Positions 31,391-41,631 of a stretch of DNA of 64,000 bases are shown here, one piece after another. The position numbers and the translations under genes are program-made. Position 1 is the first letter of the stretch. Every line of letters starts with the position of its first letter. A model generated the notes under the pieces. It was not told the origin of the DNA. It saw only the letters and a program-made list of their open reading frames with translations, and did no database searches. The DNA comes from a virus: the IMG/VR virus record IMGVR_UViG_3300028027_000002, positions 32,001 to 96,000 of that record; one strand, written 5' to 3'.

Positions 31391-31878
31391 TTCCAGGGAA
31401 TCAAAAAGTTTGGTTTCTTAATGGAGACCTTGTAAGAGTTTACCATCTAAACAAGTCTAATGGAATAATGTCTGTTTACAATATCACAAAAGATCAGATT
31501 GAAAGTTGTTTAATTTCTGATTTTAAAAAGAATCGTGAAAGAGCATACACTGTTAGAGAGACTGCTGATTTAGTTAATCGTCACAAAAAATATATGCCAT
31601 CATTAATGAAACGAGGAGTCATTCCGTTTCCAATGGGGTCTCAAAAGGGTGGTGCAAGAGGATTTCAGGTAAGATCATATTACTCAGAATCGCAAGTAAG
31701 AGAGATACGTGATATACTTGCTACATACCATATTGGTAGACCAAGAAAAGATAATTTAATAACAAATGATATCACCCCAAGCAAGCAAGAGTTGACACGA
31801 AGAATGGGCGATGGTATACTTACATATACAAGAACTGAAGATGGTCGATTCATTCCAATCTGGTCTGAATCTATTTAA
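31336..31878 (+). CDS. MerR/excisionase-like HTH DNA-binding protein
   Basis: AYTVRETADLVNRH...GVIP..RSYYSE motif; SD GGAGG. Confidence 0.65.
   Translation: MAIKKGSIESEGYNVLPVIPGNQKVWFLNGDLVRVYHLNKSNGIMSVYNITKDQIESCLISDFKKNRERAYTVRETADLVNRHKKYMPSLMKRGVIPFPMGSQKGGARGFQVRSYYSESQVREIRDILATYHIGRPRKDNLITNDITPSKQELTRRMGDGILTYTRTEDGRFIPIWSESI
31792..31820 (+). promoter_or_regulatory. Consensus sigmaA promoter embedded in coding sequence
   Basis: TTGACA-17 nt-TATACT with extended TG, upstream of the replication genes. Confidence 0.75.
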
Positions 31879-31891
31879 CGAAGGGTATGAA

Positions 31892-32098
31892 ATGGAAAAC
31901 GAAGACACAAAGGTATCTGTTACACTTGGATACACACTTAACCTTGGCAACTTTCAATCGCTAAGACTTGATCTTGGAATTGTTGACTCAAGACGTAATG
32001 GAGAAACCGCAGATCAGGCTTTTGAGCGTGTTTACAAGTTTGTTGAAGATAAGTTAACAGATAAAATTAACGAAGCAAAGGCAGAGATTAACGAATAA
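31892..32098 (+). CDS. Hypothetical phage protein
   Basis: VTLGYTLNLGNFQSLRLD; coupled to the next gene. Confidence 0.7.
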   Translation: MENEDTKVSVTLGYTLNLGNFQSLRLDLGIVDSRRNGETADQAFERVYKFVEDKLTDKINEAKAEINE

Positions 32099-32406
32099 TG
32101 GCTGAGCGCAAAGACCGAATGGCTTTGCTTTCAAGATACAGCAAGTATCATACCGCAAGGTACGAATCAAAGCCATCCCTTAATCTAAATGTAGAACAGT
32201 GGGCTTCAGATGCCCTTGTTGAATCATATGGCATTTCAGGATGTTACGATATACTTGAGTATTACTTTAAGGTTGCAGAGAATCCTTCTTGGAACTACTT
32301 TGCATACAATGCAGAAAAGATTTTACAGGCACAAAAAGATAAAAGCAGAGACGATAACGAGAGAGCAGAGCGTAGAAGAATGGCGAAGGAGTGGCTAAGT
32401 GAATAA
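32098..32406 (+). CDS. Hypothetical protein (possible helicase loader)
   Basis: 102 aa overlapping the helicase start; function inferred from position only. Confidence 0.55.
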   Translation: MAERKDRMALLSRYSKYHTARYESKPSLNLNVEQWASDALVESYGISGCYDILEYYFKVAENPSWNYFAYNAEKILQAQKDKSRDDNERAERRRMAKEWLSE

Positions 32407-33619
32407 TACAGAGTCCAAACTAATTACTGCAGTTCTTCAAGACAAGCAGATCCATGTGCTACTACAAGCAAATGTAGACAATCTTCTTAGAACTCATGGA
32501 GATATCTGGAACTTTATAAGGCTATACTTTGAAAACAATAAGTCTCTTCCTCCTGCAGAACTTGTTACAGAAAAGTTTAGAGACTTCTCTCCAATATCAA
32601 ATGTTGGAGCAACTAAGCACCACCTTGAAGAGTTGCAGGGTGAGTACTTAAACGATAGTTTAAAAGATATTTTGCGTTCAGCAGCAACTAATGTTCAAAA
32701 CAATCAAGGTAATGTCGCATTAAATGATTTAATTACACAAACCTCAGAGTTAAAGAAAAACACTTCAGCAATCCGTGATATTGATGTAACAGACCTAGAG
32801 TCTGCAATTGCATACTTTGAAAACTTAAAGATCCAGCAAGCAGCAGGTCATGTTGGAATCAAAACAAATCTGCCAGGGTTTGACAACTATCTTCCATCTG
32901 GAATTATGCCAGGGCAGTTAGGAGTCTTTCTAGCATACCCAGGTATAGGAAAGTCATGGATGGCTTTGTACTTCGCTGTACAGGCCTGGAAGCAGGGTAA
33001 GACACCCCTTGTAATTTCTCTTGAGATGTCAGAGACAGAAGTTCGTAATCGTGTATTTACAATTATGGGTGAGGGTCTTTGGTCTCACAGAAAGTTAAGC
33101 AATGGAGATGTGGAACTAGATACTTTAAAGGCTTGGCATGCTAAGCATCTGCAGGGCAAGCCAGAGTTTCACATTATCTCTAACGATCAGGGTGGAGAAA
33201 TTAATCCATCAGTTCTTCGTGGAAAGATTGACCAGTACAAGCCAGACTTTGTAATTGTTGACTACCTTCAGTTAATGGCTCCTAATCAGAAGTCAGATAA
33301 TGAAACGGTACGAATGAAGAACCTTTCAAGAGAACTTAAACTCATGGCTATTGGCGAAGAGGTTCCTATTATTGCTATCTCTTCTGCTACACCAGATGAT
33401 GTTAATGATCTTAGTGGTGTTCCTACTTTGGGACAAACTGCTTGGTCAAGACAGATTGCATACGATGCTGACTGGGTTATTGCCTTGGGACGAGCATCAA
33501 ACAGCGATATCATTGAGTGCGCCTTTAGAAAGAACCGTAATGGCTTTATGGGAGACTTTTTGGTTCAGGTTGATTTTGACAAGGGATACTACAGGTATAA
33601 AGATTATGAAGATAAGTAG
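32399..33619 (+). CDS. dnaB: Replicative DNA helicase (DnaB family)
   Basis: Walker A AYPGIGKS, ISLEMS, VIVDYLQLM, YDAD, KNRNG. Confidence 0.93.
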   Translation: MNNTESKLITAVLQDKQIHVLLQANVDNLLRTHGDIWNFIRLYFENNKSLPPAELVTEKFRDFSPISNVGATKHHLEELQGEYLNDSLKDILRSAATNVQNNQGNVALNDLITQTSELKKNTSAIRDIDVTDLESAIAYFENLKIQQAAGHVGIKTNLPGFDNYLPSGIMPGQLGVFLAYPGIGKSWMALYFAVQAWKQGKTPLVISLEMSETEVRNRVFTIMGEGLWSHRKLSNGDVELDTLKAWHAKHLQGKPEFHIISNDQGGEINPSVLRGKIDQYKPDFVIVDYLQLMAPNQKSDNETVRMKNLSRELKLMAIGEEVPIIAISSATPDDVNDLSGVPTLGQTAWSRQIAYDADWVIALGRASNSDIIECAFRKNRNGFMGDFLVQVDFDKGYYRYKDYEDK

Positions 33620-33631
33620 GTATAATATGGT

Positions 33632-33985
33632 ATGTCGAAAAGTACGGAGAATGCTCCACCTACCTTCTATCATCATAAGCCTATCAAAAAGTTTTATCTT
33701 GATGGGGTTATACACGATGAGTCGGCACTTGGTAGGCTTAAAGCAGAGTATGTCAGACTCCTTGAGTCAGAGATGCGACTTTCGGGGTATGTTCCAAGAA
33801 TCGATATATTACCAGACTTTACATTAGACTATAACCACAAGAAAAAATATTTTGAATTTCAATTAACAGTACACGGAACATATACGGGGAGAAAACAAAG
33901 CGAATGGATAGCAGGAATAGACGGAAGCACAGCAATCTATACACAAAAGAGCAAATCAAAAGAGTTCTCACAGGAACAGGTGTAA
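33632..33985 (+). CDS. Hypothetical protein (leaderless)
   Basis: TATAAT 33621-33626 ends 5 nt before the ATG; overlaps the primase start. Confidence 0.65.
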   Translation: MSKSTENAPPTFYHHKPIKKFYLDGVIHDESALGRLKAEYVRLLESEMRLSGYVPRIDILPDFTLDYNHKKKYFEFQLTVHGTYTGRKQSEWIAGIDGSTAIYTQKSKSKEFSQEQV

Positions 33986-34848
33986 CGATTGAGTCTGAGG
34001 TTGACTCAGACTATATTATTTTCTGTCCATATCACAACAACAACAGAACCCCAGCAGGAGAAATAGATAAGAACAATGGAACTTTCTTTTGTTTTGCATG
34101 TCACCACGTAACTGGATTTATCGAATTTGTTATGCACATGTCAAACAGGACATACTTTGAGGCTGCAAGATTTATAAAGAGCAAAGAGACAGAGACAAGT
34201 ATTGAAACAGACATTGACAAGGCTCTATATAAAAAGCCAGAGTTTATAATGTTTGATGAACTAGTTCTTAAACGATTGCACAACAATCTTATTTTATCTG
34301 ATAGAGCAAAAGATTATTTTACTTATAGAAAAATAACAAAAGAGTCTGCCTCTAAATTTTCTTTAGGGTATTCAGATAAACAAGACATGGTAACTGTTCC
34401 AGTTCATAGTCCAGATGGTTTGCCAATTGGTTTTGTTGGAAGATCAATTGAGGGCAAGGAGTTTAAGAATACCCCAGGACTTCCAAAGTCTAAAACATTA
34501 TTTAATTTGCATAGAGTAAAAAGTTCTGGAACAGTCTATGTTGTTGAGTCATCGTTTGATGCTATCAGACTTGACCAAGTAGGGCTTCCTGCAATTGCTA
34601 CCCTTGGATCAAATGTTTCTAACATACAAATAGATTTGCTTCAAAAGTACTTCAATGATATAATTGTTATTGCGGATAATGATGAAGCAGGTGGAAATAT
34701 GAAAACTAAGATAGTTGAAAAACTTGGTTCTCGTGTATCCGTAATACAACTAAATAAGCAATATAAAGATATAGGCGACATGGACGATAAGTCAATTAAA
34801 GAACTGGATTTCCAGTTTGACAAATCAATACAGTCTATGCTAAACTAA
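33904..34848 (+). CDS. dnaG: DNA primase (CHC2 zinc finger + TOPRIM)
   Basis: CPYH...CFAC; GFVGR; VVESSFD; ADNDEAG. Confidence 0.92.
   Translation: MDSRNRRKHSNLYTKEQIKRVLTGTGVTIESEVDSDYIIFCPYHNNNRTPAGEIDKNNGTFFCFACHHVTGFIEFVMHMSNRTYFEAARFIKSKETETSIETDIDKALYKKPEFIMFDELVLKRLHNNLILSDRAKDYFTYRKITKESASKFSLGYSDKQDMVTVPVHSPDGLPIGFVGRSIEGKEFKNTPGLPKSKTLFNLHRVKSSGTVYVVESSFDAIRLDQVGLPAIATLGSNVSNIQIDLLQKYFNDIIVIADNDEAGGNMKTKIVEKLGSRVSVIQLNKQYKDIGDMDDKSIKELDFQFDKSIQSMLN
34817..34846 (+). promoter_or_regulatory. SigmaA promoter for ssb within the primase 3' end
   Basis: TTGACA-18 nt-TAAACT with extended TG. Confidence 0.6.
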
Positions 34849-34872
34849 CATAACACAGAAAAGAGAAAACAA

Positions 34873-35526
34873 ATGGCAATACTAAGAGGAATCAAAGAAA
34901 TGGGCCCAGTACTAGACGGCCCAAAGGGTGGCGACGGCCCAAAGGTTAAGTGGCTAAAACTTGCAGATGGACAGTCTGTAAAGATTAGATTCGTAGAAGA
35001 ACTTGATGAGGACTCAGCAAACTACAGTCCTGATCGTGGTCTAGCAATCGTTGTATCAGAACACACAAATCCAAAGGACTACAAGCGTAAGGCTGTAGAC
35101 ACAATGGACACAGAAGGTCGTGACTGGGCAGAAGAGATGCATCGTAAGGATCCAAAGGCTGGCTGGAGAGCCCGTCTTCGTTTCTATTGCAACGTAGTTG
35201 TAGATGACGGCATTGAAGCACCTTATGTTGCAATCTGGTCAATGGGTATTAGCAAGCAATCATCATTCAACACAATTCGTGAGTATGCACTTGAAACAGG
35301 AAGCATCTCAAATGTACAGTGGAAGTTAAAGCGTAATGGTCAGGGAACTGAAACAAATTACACATTGATTCCATCTGCACCAGATAAGGAACCATTCAAC
35401 TGGGGAGACATTAAGCCTTACCCACTAGAGTCTGCACTACGCAAGGTTCCATACGCAGAACAAGAAGCGTTCTACTTGGGCTTTGACGGCCCATCTGCCA
35501 CTTCAGCAACAAACGCTGATTGGTAA
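34873..35526 (+). CDS. Single-stranded DNA-binding protein (gp32-like)
   Basis: WLKLADGQSVKIRF...KRNGQGTETNY; C-terminal acidic/aromatic tip (ADW); between primase and polymerase. Confidence 0.7.
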   Translation: MAILRGIKEMGPVLDGPKGGDGPKVKWLKLADGQSVKIRFVEELDEDSANYSPDRGLAIVVSEHTNPKDYKRKAVDTMDTEGRDWAEEMHRKDPKAGWRARLRFYCNVVVDDGIEAPYVAIWSMGISKQSSFNTIREYALETGSISNVQWKLKRNGQGTETNYTLIPSAPDKEPFNWGDIKPYPLESALRKVPYAEQEAFYLGFDGPSATSATNADW

Positions 35527-35527
35527 T

Positions 35528-38500
35528 ATGAACTACGTCGGCTTACATGTCCACACCCATTTTAGTTTATTTGATGGGATTGCTACTCCAGAAGAATACG
35601 TTGAACGTGCAGTTGAGTTAGGGATGCCAGCAATTGCCATCACTGACCACGGTACTTTATCTGGGCATAGGGAACTGCACCGTATTGCAAAAGCAAAGGG
35701 CATTAAGCCAATTCTAGGTCTAGAAGGATACATGTGTTCAGACATATCTGATAAAAGAGATAAGTCTGAAAGAGAAGGTCAACAAGATCTTGTCTACAAT
35801 CACATTATCCTTCTAGCCAAGAATCAAATTGGTTTAGAAAACCTCAACAAGATTAGTGAACTATCTTGGACAGATGGTTTCTTTAAAAAGCCACGATTTG
35901 ACTTTACTATTTTAGAAAAATACAAAGAAGGAATCATTGTTTCCTCTGCTTGCCCAAGTAGCGTTTTAGTTAAAGCACTTGAAGAAGAAGAGTTTGCTCT
36001 TGCTAAGAAGTACATCTCTTGGTTTAAAGAGCGCTTTGCAGATGATTATTATATTGAGGTAATGCCTCACAATGAAGCACACATTAACAAATATCTCATA
36101 GAACTTGCAGATGAGTTTGGCATTAAGGTTATTGTAACCCCAGACTGCCACCATGTTGATCCATCACAAAAAGAAATTCAAGAGTTTAAGTTGCTAATGA
36201 ATACACATGGTAAGTTCGTAAAAGATGCAACATATGAAAAGTCAAAGAAAAAGGGCAGCATGATGGAGCGCCTTGACTATCTATATGGCGAAGATCGTCA
36301 GATGTCATTTAATAAATTTGACATCCATTTGCTATCTTATGAAGAGATTAAAGCAGCCATGGAAGCGCAGGGTATTGATCGACCAGACATTTACTCAAAC
36401 ACAATACTATTAGCAGAGACAGTAGGAGACTATGGCATTCAAGAAGGACTAAACCTTCTACCAGTACAGTACAAGAGTCCTGACAAGGAACTTGCAAAGG
36501 TGGCATTAGAAGGTTTGGCAGAGCGAGGTTTGTCAGAGAATCAAGAGTACCTTGACAGACTTGAGGAAGAGTTGCAGATTATTAAGGACAAGAAGTTTGC
36601 TCCATACTTCCTGGTTGTAAGCAATATGATTAACTGGGCTAAGAAAGAAGAGATTATGGTAGGACCAGGTCGTGGTTCATCTGCTGGCTCTCTTGTTTGC
36701 TACGCATTAAAGATTACAGACATTGATCCTATCGAGCATAACCTCTTATTCTTCCGTTTTATTAATCCAGAGCGTAACGACTTCCCAGATATTGATACAG
36801 ATATTCAGGACACTCGTCGTGAAGAGGTAAAGGATTATCTTGTTAGACAGTATCGGCATGTTGCATCTATTGCTACCTTCCTTGAGTTCACAGGTAAGGG
36901 AATTGTTAGAGATGTTTCAAGAGTTCTAAATATTCCTTTGTCAGATGTAAACAAGGTTTTGAAAACTGTAGACTCATGGGATGATTTCTGTACATCAAAA
37001 TCAACATACGAGTTTCGTGAGAAGTATCCAGAGGTAGAGGTTTACGGAGAACAACTTCGTGGTCGAATTCGTGGCACAGGTATTCACGCTGCTGGTGTTG
37101 TTACTGCAAAAGAACCAATCTTTAGGTATGCACCACTTGAAACAAGATCATCTACTGGGTCTGACGAAAGAATTCCAGTAGTTGGTGTTGACATGGAAGA
37201 GGCTGAAAGAATTGGTTTAATTAAGATTGATGCACTTGGTCTTAAGACTTTGTCTGTTCTTAAGAACACAATTGATATTATTAAAGAGCGAGATGGCAAA
37301 AAGATTGATCTTCTTAAGATCAAGATGGACGATGCAAATGTATATCAGATGCTATCAGATGGATATACAAAGGGTGTATTTCAGTGTGAAGCAGCACCAT
37401 ATACAAACCTTCTTGTTAAGATGGGTGTAAAGAATCTAAATGAACTTGCAGCATCAAACGCACTTGTTCGTCCAGGTGCAATGAATACTATTGGAAAGGA
37501 CTATGTTGATCGTAAACATGGTCGTCAGAATATTTCTTATACACACCAAGTACTAAAACAATTTACGGAGGACACTTATGGCTGTATTCTTTACCAGGAA
37601 CAAGTTATGCAAGCATGCGTACACCTTGGCGGTATGTCCATGTCGGAAGCAGATAAAGTTAGAAAGATCATTGGCAAGAAAAAAGATGCTAAAGAATTTG
37701 ATCAGTTTAAAGAGAAGTTCGTAGAGGGTGCATCAAAGTTTATTTCGCCCAACCTTGCTCGTGATCTATGGCATGACTTTGAGGCTCACGCAGGGTACTC
37801 ATTTAATAAGTCTCACGCAGTAGCATACTCAACGCTATCATATTGGACAGCATGGCTAAAGTATTACTACCCACTTGAGTTTATGTACTCAGTGCTAAAG
37901 AACGAAAAGGATAAAGATGCGAGAACTGAATATCTTATTGAAGCAAAGAGAATGGGCATTAGCGTTAAGTTACCTCACATTAACGATTCGGATATCGATT
38001 TTAAAATTGAGGGTAAGGGTATTAGGTTTGGGCTCACTGCTATCAAGTTCATATCTGACAAAATTGCAGAAAGATATATTGCAGCACGACCATTTGGTTC
38101 GTACAAAGAACTTGAAGAGTTTACATTTACCAAAGGCAACGGAGTAAACAGTCGTGCACTTCAAGCACTTAGGGTAATCGGTGCAGCAACATTTAATGAT
38201 AATCCTAGAAATGATCAGGAGATTAAAGAGAACCTGTATGAATACTTAAACCTTCCAGAGTTTAATATTACAATACCTTCTCACTACTATGCCTTCATTC
38301 AGGATATTGTTGACTTTGAAGAAAAAGGGTCATACATTTTTATGGGTATGGTAAAATCAATTAAACGAGGAACAGGATGGTCACGAGTTGAAATTTTGGA
38401 CAAAACTGGCAGTGTCGGTATATTTGATGATGAAAATACGACTATTGAGACAGGTCGTTCTTATCTGGTCTTGTGTAATGATAACAGGATTGTTTCTTTC

Positions 38501-38803
38501 ATACCTTCAGATGAGATAAAAGAATCATCACACGCTCTTGTAAAGTTCTTAAGTTATAAGCAACTTCCATACAAGGATGATGAGATGTTTGTGGTTTCAT
38601 TTAAGCCAAGAATTACAAAGACTGGAAAGAAGATGGCATCTCTTACTCTTGCAGATACAAGCAGGGACCTGCATTCAATTACAGTTTTCCCTACATCGTT
38701 TGCAAAAGCATACATGCATATCGAAGAAGGAAAATCTTATAAGTTTGATTTTGGCAAGACTAAAGACGGAACAGTAACATTGGAGGATGTACATGTCAGT
38801 TAG
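35528..38803 (+). CDS. dnaE: DNA polymerase III alpha subunit
   Basis: PHP HVHTHFS/TDHG; GRGSSAGS; PDIDTD; KIDALGL; FNKSHA; no intein evident. Confidence 0.96.
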   Translation: MNYVGLHVHTHFSLFDGIATPEEYVERAVELGMPAIAITDHGTLSGHRELHRIAKAKGIKPILGLEGYMCSDISDKRDKSEREGQQDLVYNHIILLAKNQIGLENLNKISELSWTDGFFKKPRFDFTILEKYKEGIIVSSACPSSVLVKALEEEEFALAKKYISWFKERFADDYYIEVMPHNEAHINKYLIELADEFGIKVIVTPDCHHVDPSQKEIQEFKLLMNTHGKFVKDATYEKSKKKGSMMERLDYLYGEDRQMSFNKFDIHLLSYEEIKAAMEAQGIDRPDIYSNTILLAETVGDYGIQEGLNLLPVQYKSPDKELAKVALEGLAERGLSENQEYLDRLEEELQIIKDKKFAPYFLVVSNMINWAKKEEIMVGPGRGSSAGSLVCYALKITDIDPIEHNLLFFRFINPERNDFPDIDTDIQDTRREEVKDYLVRQYRHVASIATFLEFTGKGIVRDVSRVLNIPLSDVNKVLKTVDSWDDFCTSKSTYEFREKYPEVEVYGEQLRGRIRGTGIHAAGVVTAKEPIFRYAPLETRSSTGSDERIPVVGVDMEEAERIGLIKIDALGLKTLSVLKNTIDIIKERDGKKIDLLKIKMDDANVYQMLSDGYTKGVFQCEAAPYTNLLVKMGVKNLNELAASNALVRPGAMNTIGKDYVDRKHGRQNISYTHQVLKQFTEDTYGCILYQEQVMQACVHLGGMSMSEADKVRKIIGKKKDAKEFDQFKEKFVEGASKFISPNLARDLWHDFEAHAGYSFNKSHAVAYSTLSYWTAWLKYYYPLEFMYSVLKNEKDKDARTEYLIEAKRMGISVKLPHINDSDIDFKIEGKGIRFGLTAIKFISDKIAERYIAARPFGSYKELEEFTFTKGNGVNSRALQALRVIGAATFNDNPRNDQEIKENLYEYLNLPEFNITIPSHYYAFIQDIVDFEEKGSYIFMGMVKSIKRGTGWSRVEILDKTGSVGIFDDENTTIETGRSYLVLCNDNRIVSFIPSDEIKESSHALVKFLSYKQLPYKDDEMFVVSFKPRITKTGKKMASLTLADTSRDLHSITVFPTSFAKAYMHIEEGKSYKFDFGKTKDGTVTLEDVHVS

Positions 38804-39803
38804 TATAGAAGAAGCGTTAGCACAACTTGATCCTAAGTTGAGAAAGAGATTAGGTAGCGGAGTAGGGGTTAACTATGAATATCAGCCTACACCTAGTTTT
38901 GGTTTAAACCGTGCTTTAGGAGGAGGACTGCCTTATGGTAGACAAGTTCTTATCTGGGGCTCTAAGTCTTCTGCAAAGTCCTCTATGTGCCTTCAGATGA
39001 TTGCTCTAGCACAAGCAGAGGGAAAGTTGTGTGCTTGGATTGACTCAGAGATGTCCTACTCAGAAGACTGGGCTAGAACACTTGGGGTAGATCCAGAAAA
39101 ACTAATCTATTCACAAGCAAGAACTATTAGCGATATGGTGGATGTAGGTGTTGGATTAATGAATGCAGGAGTTGATTTAATTGTGGTAGACTCTATTACA
39201 TCGATGCTTCCTGCAATTTATTTTGAAAAGGATACAGATGAGATGAAGGCTTTGGAAAACACAAAGCAGATTGGAGCAGAATCCCGTGACTTTAGTAACG
39301 CATGGAAAATGCTTAACTATGCAAACAATAAAGTTAAGCCAACTTTGCTTGTTCTTATTTCTCAGTCTCGTAATAATATTAATGCTATGTATACTAGCCA
39401 GCAGCCTTCTGGTGGTCAGGCTACTAAGTTTTATTCCTCATGTATTATTAAACTCTTTTCTTCAGAGTCAGACAATCAAGCGATTAAGGGCAAGATTAAG
39501 GTAGGAGATAAATTAATTGAAGAAAAAATTGGTAGGACTATTAAGTGGGAACTCCAGTTCTCCAAAACCTCTCCAGGGTTCCAGTCTGGTGAGTACGATT
39601 TTTATTTTAGAGGTGACGATATTGGTCTTGATACCATTGGTGATCTGGTTACTACCGCAGAACTAAATGGTATTGTAGAGCGCACAGGAGCATGGTATAT
39701 ACTTCCTGACGGATCAAAAGTGCAGGGCAAAGAAGCATTTGTTAATCGTGTAAGGGAGGATCTTGATTTGCAAGAATCAATCAAGGCTAAACTAAATGCC
39801 TAG
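38793..39803 (+). CDS. recA: RecA/UvsX-like recombinase
   Basis: ALGGGLPYGR, P-loop GSKSSAKS, WIDSE, VVDSI, GGQATKFYSS, GAWY. Confidence 0.92.
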   Translation: MSVSIEEALAQLDPKLRKRLGSGVGVNYEYQPTPSFGLNRALGGGLPYGRQVLIWGSKSSAKSSMCLQMIALAQAEGKLCAWIDSEMSYSEDWARTLGVDPEKLIYSQARTISDMVDVGVGLMNAGVDLIVVDSITSMLPAIYFEKDTDEMKALENTKQIGAESRDFSNAWKMLNYANNKVKPTLLVLISQSRNNINAMYTSQQPSGGQATKFYSSCIIKLFSSESDNQAIKGKIKVGDKLIEEKIGRTIKWELQFSKTSPGFQSGEYDFYFRGDDIGLDTIGDLVTTAELNGIVERTGAWYILPDGSKVQGKEAFVNRVREDLDLQESIKAKLNA

Positions 39804-39972
39804 TTATACAGTCTATAATGGAAAGTTTGTTTGTCATGAATGCAAAGCAGAAGTTAAATCTCTTAGGCTTTATGCTGAGACAAAGACAATGACCTGGATG
39901 TGTCCAGCAAAACATCTAAGCACTGTCAAGTTTGGTAAGCAGAAATATAAAGGCAATGACAGAGAAAAGTGA
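39796..39972 (+). CDS. Small zinc-binding protein (58 aa, not in ORF track)
   Basis: MPSYTVYNGKFVCHEC...WMCPAKH; fills the gap between recA and the next gene with overlaps. Confidence 0.65.
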   Translation: MPSYTVYNGKFVCHECKAEVKSLRLYAETKTMTWMCPAKHLSTVKFGKQKYKGNDREK

Positions 39973-40237
39973 GTCTAAGAGAATAGGTGCCAAGCAGCAC
40001 AAAAACTCTGGTCGTAATACTCAAAAAGGAGATGCCTCCTGGAAAAACTTTGTCGTAGATTTTAAAGAAGTTGGAAAGTCTTTTACTTTAAATAAAGAGG
40101 TTTGGGCAAAGGCTACTACTGATGCCATGAAGAATGGCAAAGACCCTGCCATAGTTGTCGTGATGGGCGAGGGTAACTCCAAAGTAAGACTTGCTATAAT
40201 TGAGATGAGTATATTAGAAGATCTAGTGGAGGAATAA
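39956..40237 (+). CDS. Putative Holliday junction resolvase (PD-(D/E)xK)
   Basis: SE...NSG...KGD...VDFKE motif. Confidence 0.6.
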   Translation: MTEKSESKRIGAKQHKNSGRNTQKGDASWKNFVVDFKEVGKSFTLNKEVWAKATTDAMKNGKDPAIVVVMGEGNSKVRLAIIEMSILEDLVEE

Positions 40238-40542
40238 TGGAACAACAAGGAACAACGATAGATATGGTGAATGGTTTGGCAGAGATTGCAGACTATATGC
40301 AAGACGAAGAACTTACAGTTGCACTTACAATGATTGCTAAACTAATTATAAAGCCAGACATCCCAATCAATGTTGCTCACGTAGAGATTGTAAGACTACA
40401 AGCAATCGCTGCTAAGATGGCTTTCAAGGCAACCTGGATGGCCAATGTTGACAAGTCGGATCGTGGAAAGAAGAATCTTTATTACACGGCAGCAGAGTCG
40501 TTAAACAATTTAGTATCTGCGCTAAAGTATATTACACGGTAA
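40237..40542 (+). CDS. Hypothetical helical protein
   Basis: SD GGAGG; TGCTATAAT at 40192-40200. Confidence 0.7.
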   Translation: MEQQGTTIDMVNGLAEIADYMQDEELTVALTMIAKLIIKPDIPINVAHVEIVRLQAIAAKMAFKATWMANVDKSDRGKKNLYYTAAESLNNLVSALKYITR

Positions 40543-40577
40543 TATGCTATACTTATACTAATAGAAACGAGCAAAAT

Positions 40578-41378
40578 ATGACAAAAAGTTTATTACAACA
40601 AATTATGGTTAAGCAGGAAAAGCCACCAGTACACTCAATAGATGTTGCTGGTTTGACTGAAAAAATTCAGTCTGGATATACTGTTAATCGTATTGAAAAA
40701 CAAACACAGAAGAAAACCTTTGCGCCATCTACTATTGCCTATGGTCATGGAGAATGTCCAAGATATTGGTACTTAGCGTTTGACGGGCAGATGTTTGAGG
40801 ATGATGCAACTCCATATAGTGCAGCAAATATGACAGCAGGAACTAAGTCTCATGAAAGAATTCAGGAAGCAATGGGAAATGTTCCAGACTTCCTTGTTGA
40901 TTCAGAATTTAAAATAACAAATAACGATCCGCCAATCTTTGGTTATGGAGATGTTATTGTTAACTGGCAAGGAGAAGAACTTCTTGGTGAAATTAAAACA
41001 ATGATGAATGAAGGTTTTGAGTACCGCAAGGCTCACATGAAACCAAAGACTGGTCACCTAGTCCAGTTACTTATCTACATGAAGATTCTAAAGAAGCCTA
41101 AAGCAGTTCTTATTTATGAAAATAAAAACAATCATGAGTTGCTTATCCTTCCAGTAGAAGTAAATGATTATTATCGTCGGTGGGTAGACCAGACGTTTGA
41201 ATGGATGAGATCAGTTCGTAAGGCTTGGGTCGACAGAACCCTGCCTGAAAAGAATTATCGCTCAAATTCAAAAATTTGCAAATCATGTCCTATTAAAAAG
41301 GCTTGTGCAGATGCTGGCAAGGGAGACTTTAAACTAAAGTCCTTGGAGCCTATAGATGAAGCATTGTCAATGGTGTGA
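40578..41378 (+). CDS. Cas4/RecB-like exonuclease (stand-alone)
   Basis: CPRYWY, GTKSH, GD..EIKT, QLLIY, CKSCPIKKAC Fe-S cysteines. Confidence 0.85.
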   Translation: MTKSLLQQIMVKQEKPPVHSIDVAGLTEKIQSGYTVNRIEKQTQKKTFAPSTIAYGHGECPRYWYLAFDGQMFEDDATPYSAANMTAGTKSHERIQEAMGNVPDFLVDSEFKITNNDPPIFGYGDVIVNWQGEELLGEIKTMMNEGFEYRKAHMKPKTGHLVQLLIYMKILKKPKAVLIYENKNNHELLILPVEVNDYYRRWVDQTFEWMRSVRKAWVDRTLPEKNYRSNSKICKSCPIKKACADAGKGDFKLKSLEPIDEALSMV

Positions 41379-41631
41379 TAAACAATTTAAAACAGATATA
41401 ACATATCAAATATATTGTTCACCAGAGTGTAGAGACATGTCAACAAAAGAAAAAATTGCTGCAAGGTATATGATTTCTAGAAGACAAAAAAGAAAAGGCA
41501 GGGAAAGAAATTGTAAGTCATGCAAAGAGCCTTTGTCAATATATAATGATGAAAGTCTTTGTGTAAAATGCAATGTCAATCCTTCCGATGTAGCAAAAGC
41601 ATTAAAAGAAATTAAGGATAACTTAAAATGA
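41356..41631 (+). CDS. Cys-rich zinc-finger protein
   Basis: CQWC, YCSPEC, CKSC, CVKC. Confidence 0.7.
   Translation: MKHCQWCDKQFKTDITYQIYCSPECRDMSTKEKIAARYMISRRQKRKGRERNCKSCKEPLSIYNDESLCVKCNVNPSDVAKALKEIKDNLK

Noticed and set aside
40578-41378. Cas4-like gene as evidence of a CRISPR system
   Set aside because: No repeat-spacer array or other cas genes seen; stand-alone Cas4-like nucleases are common in phage recombination modules.
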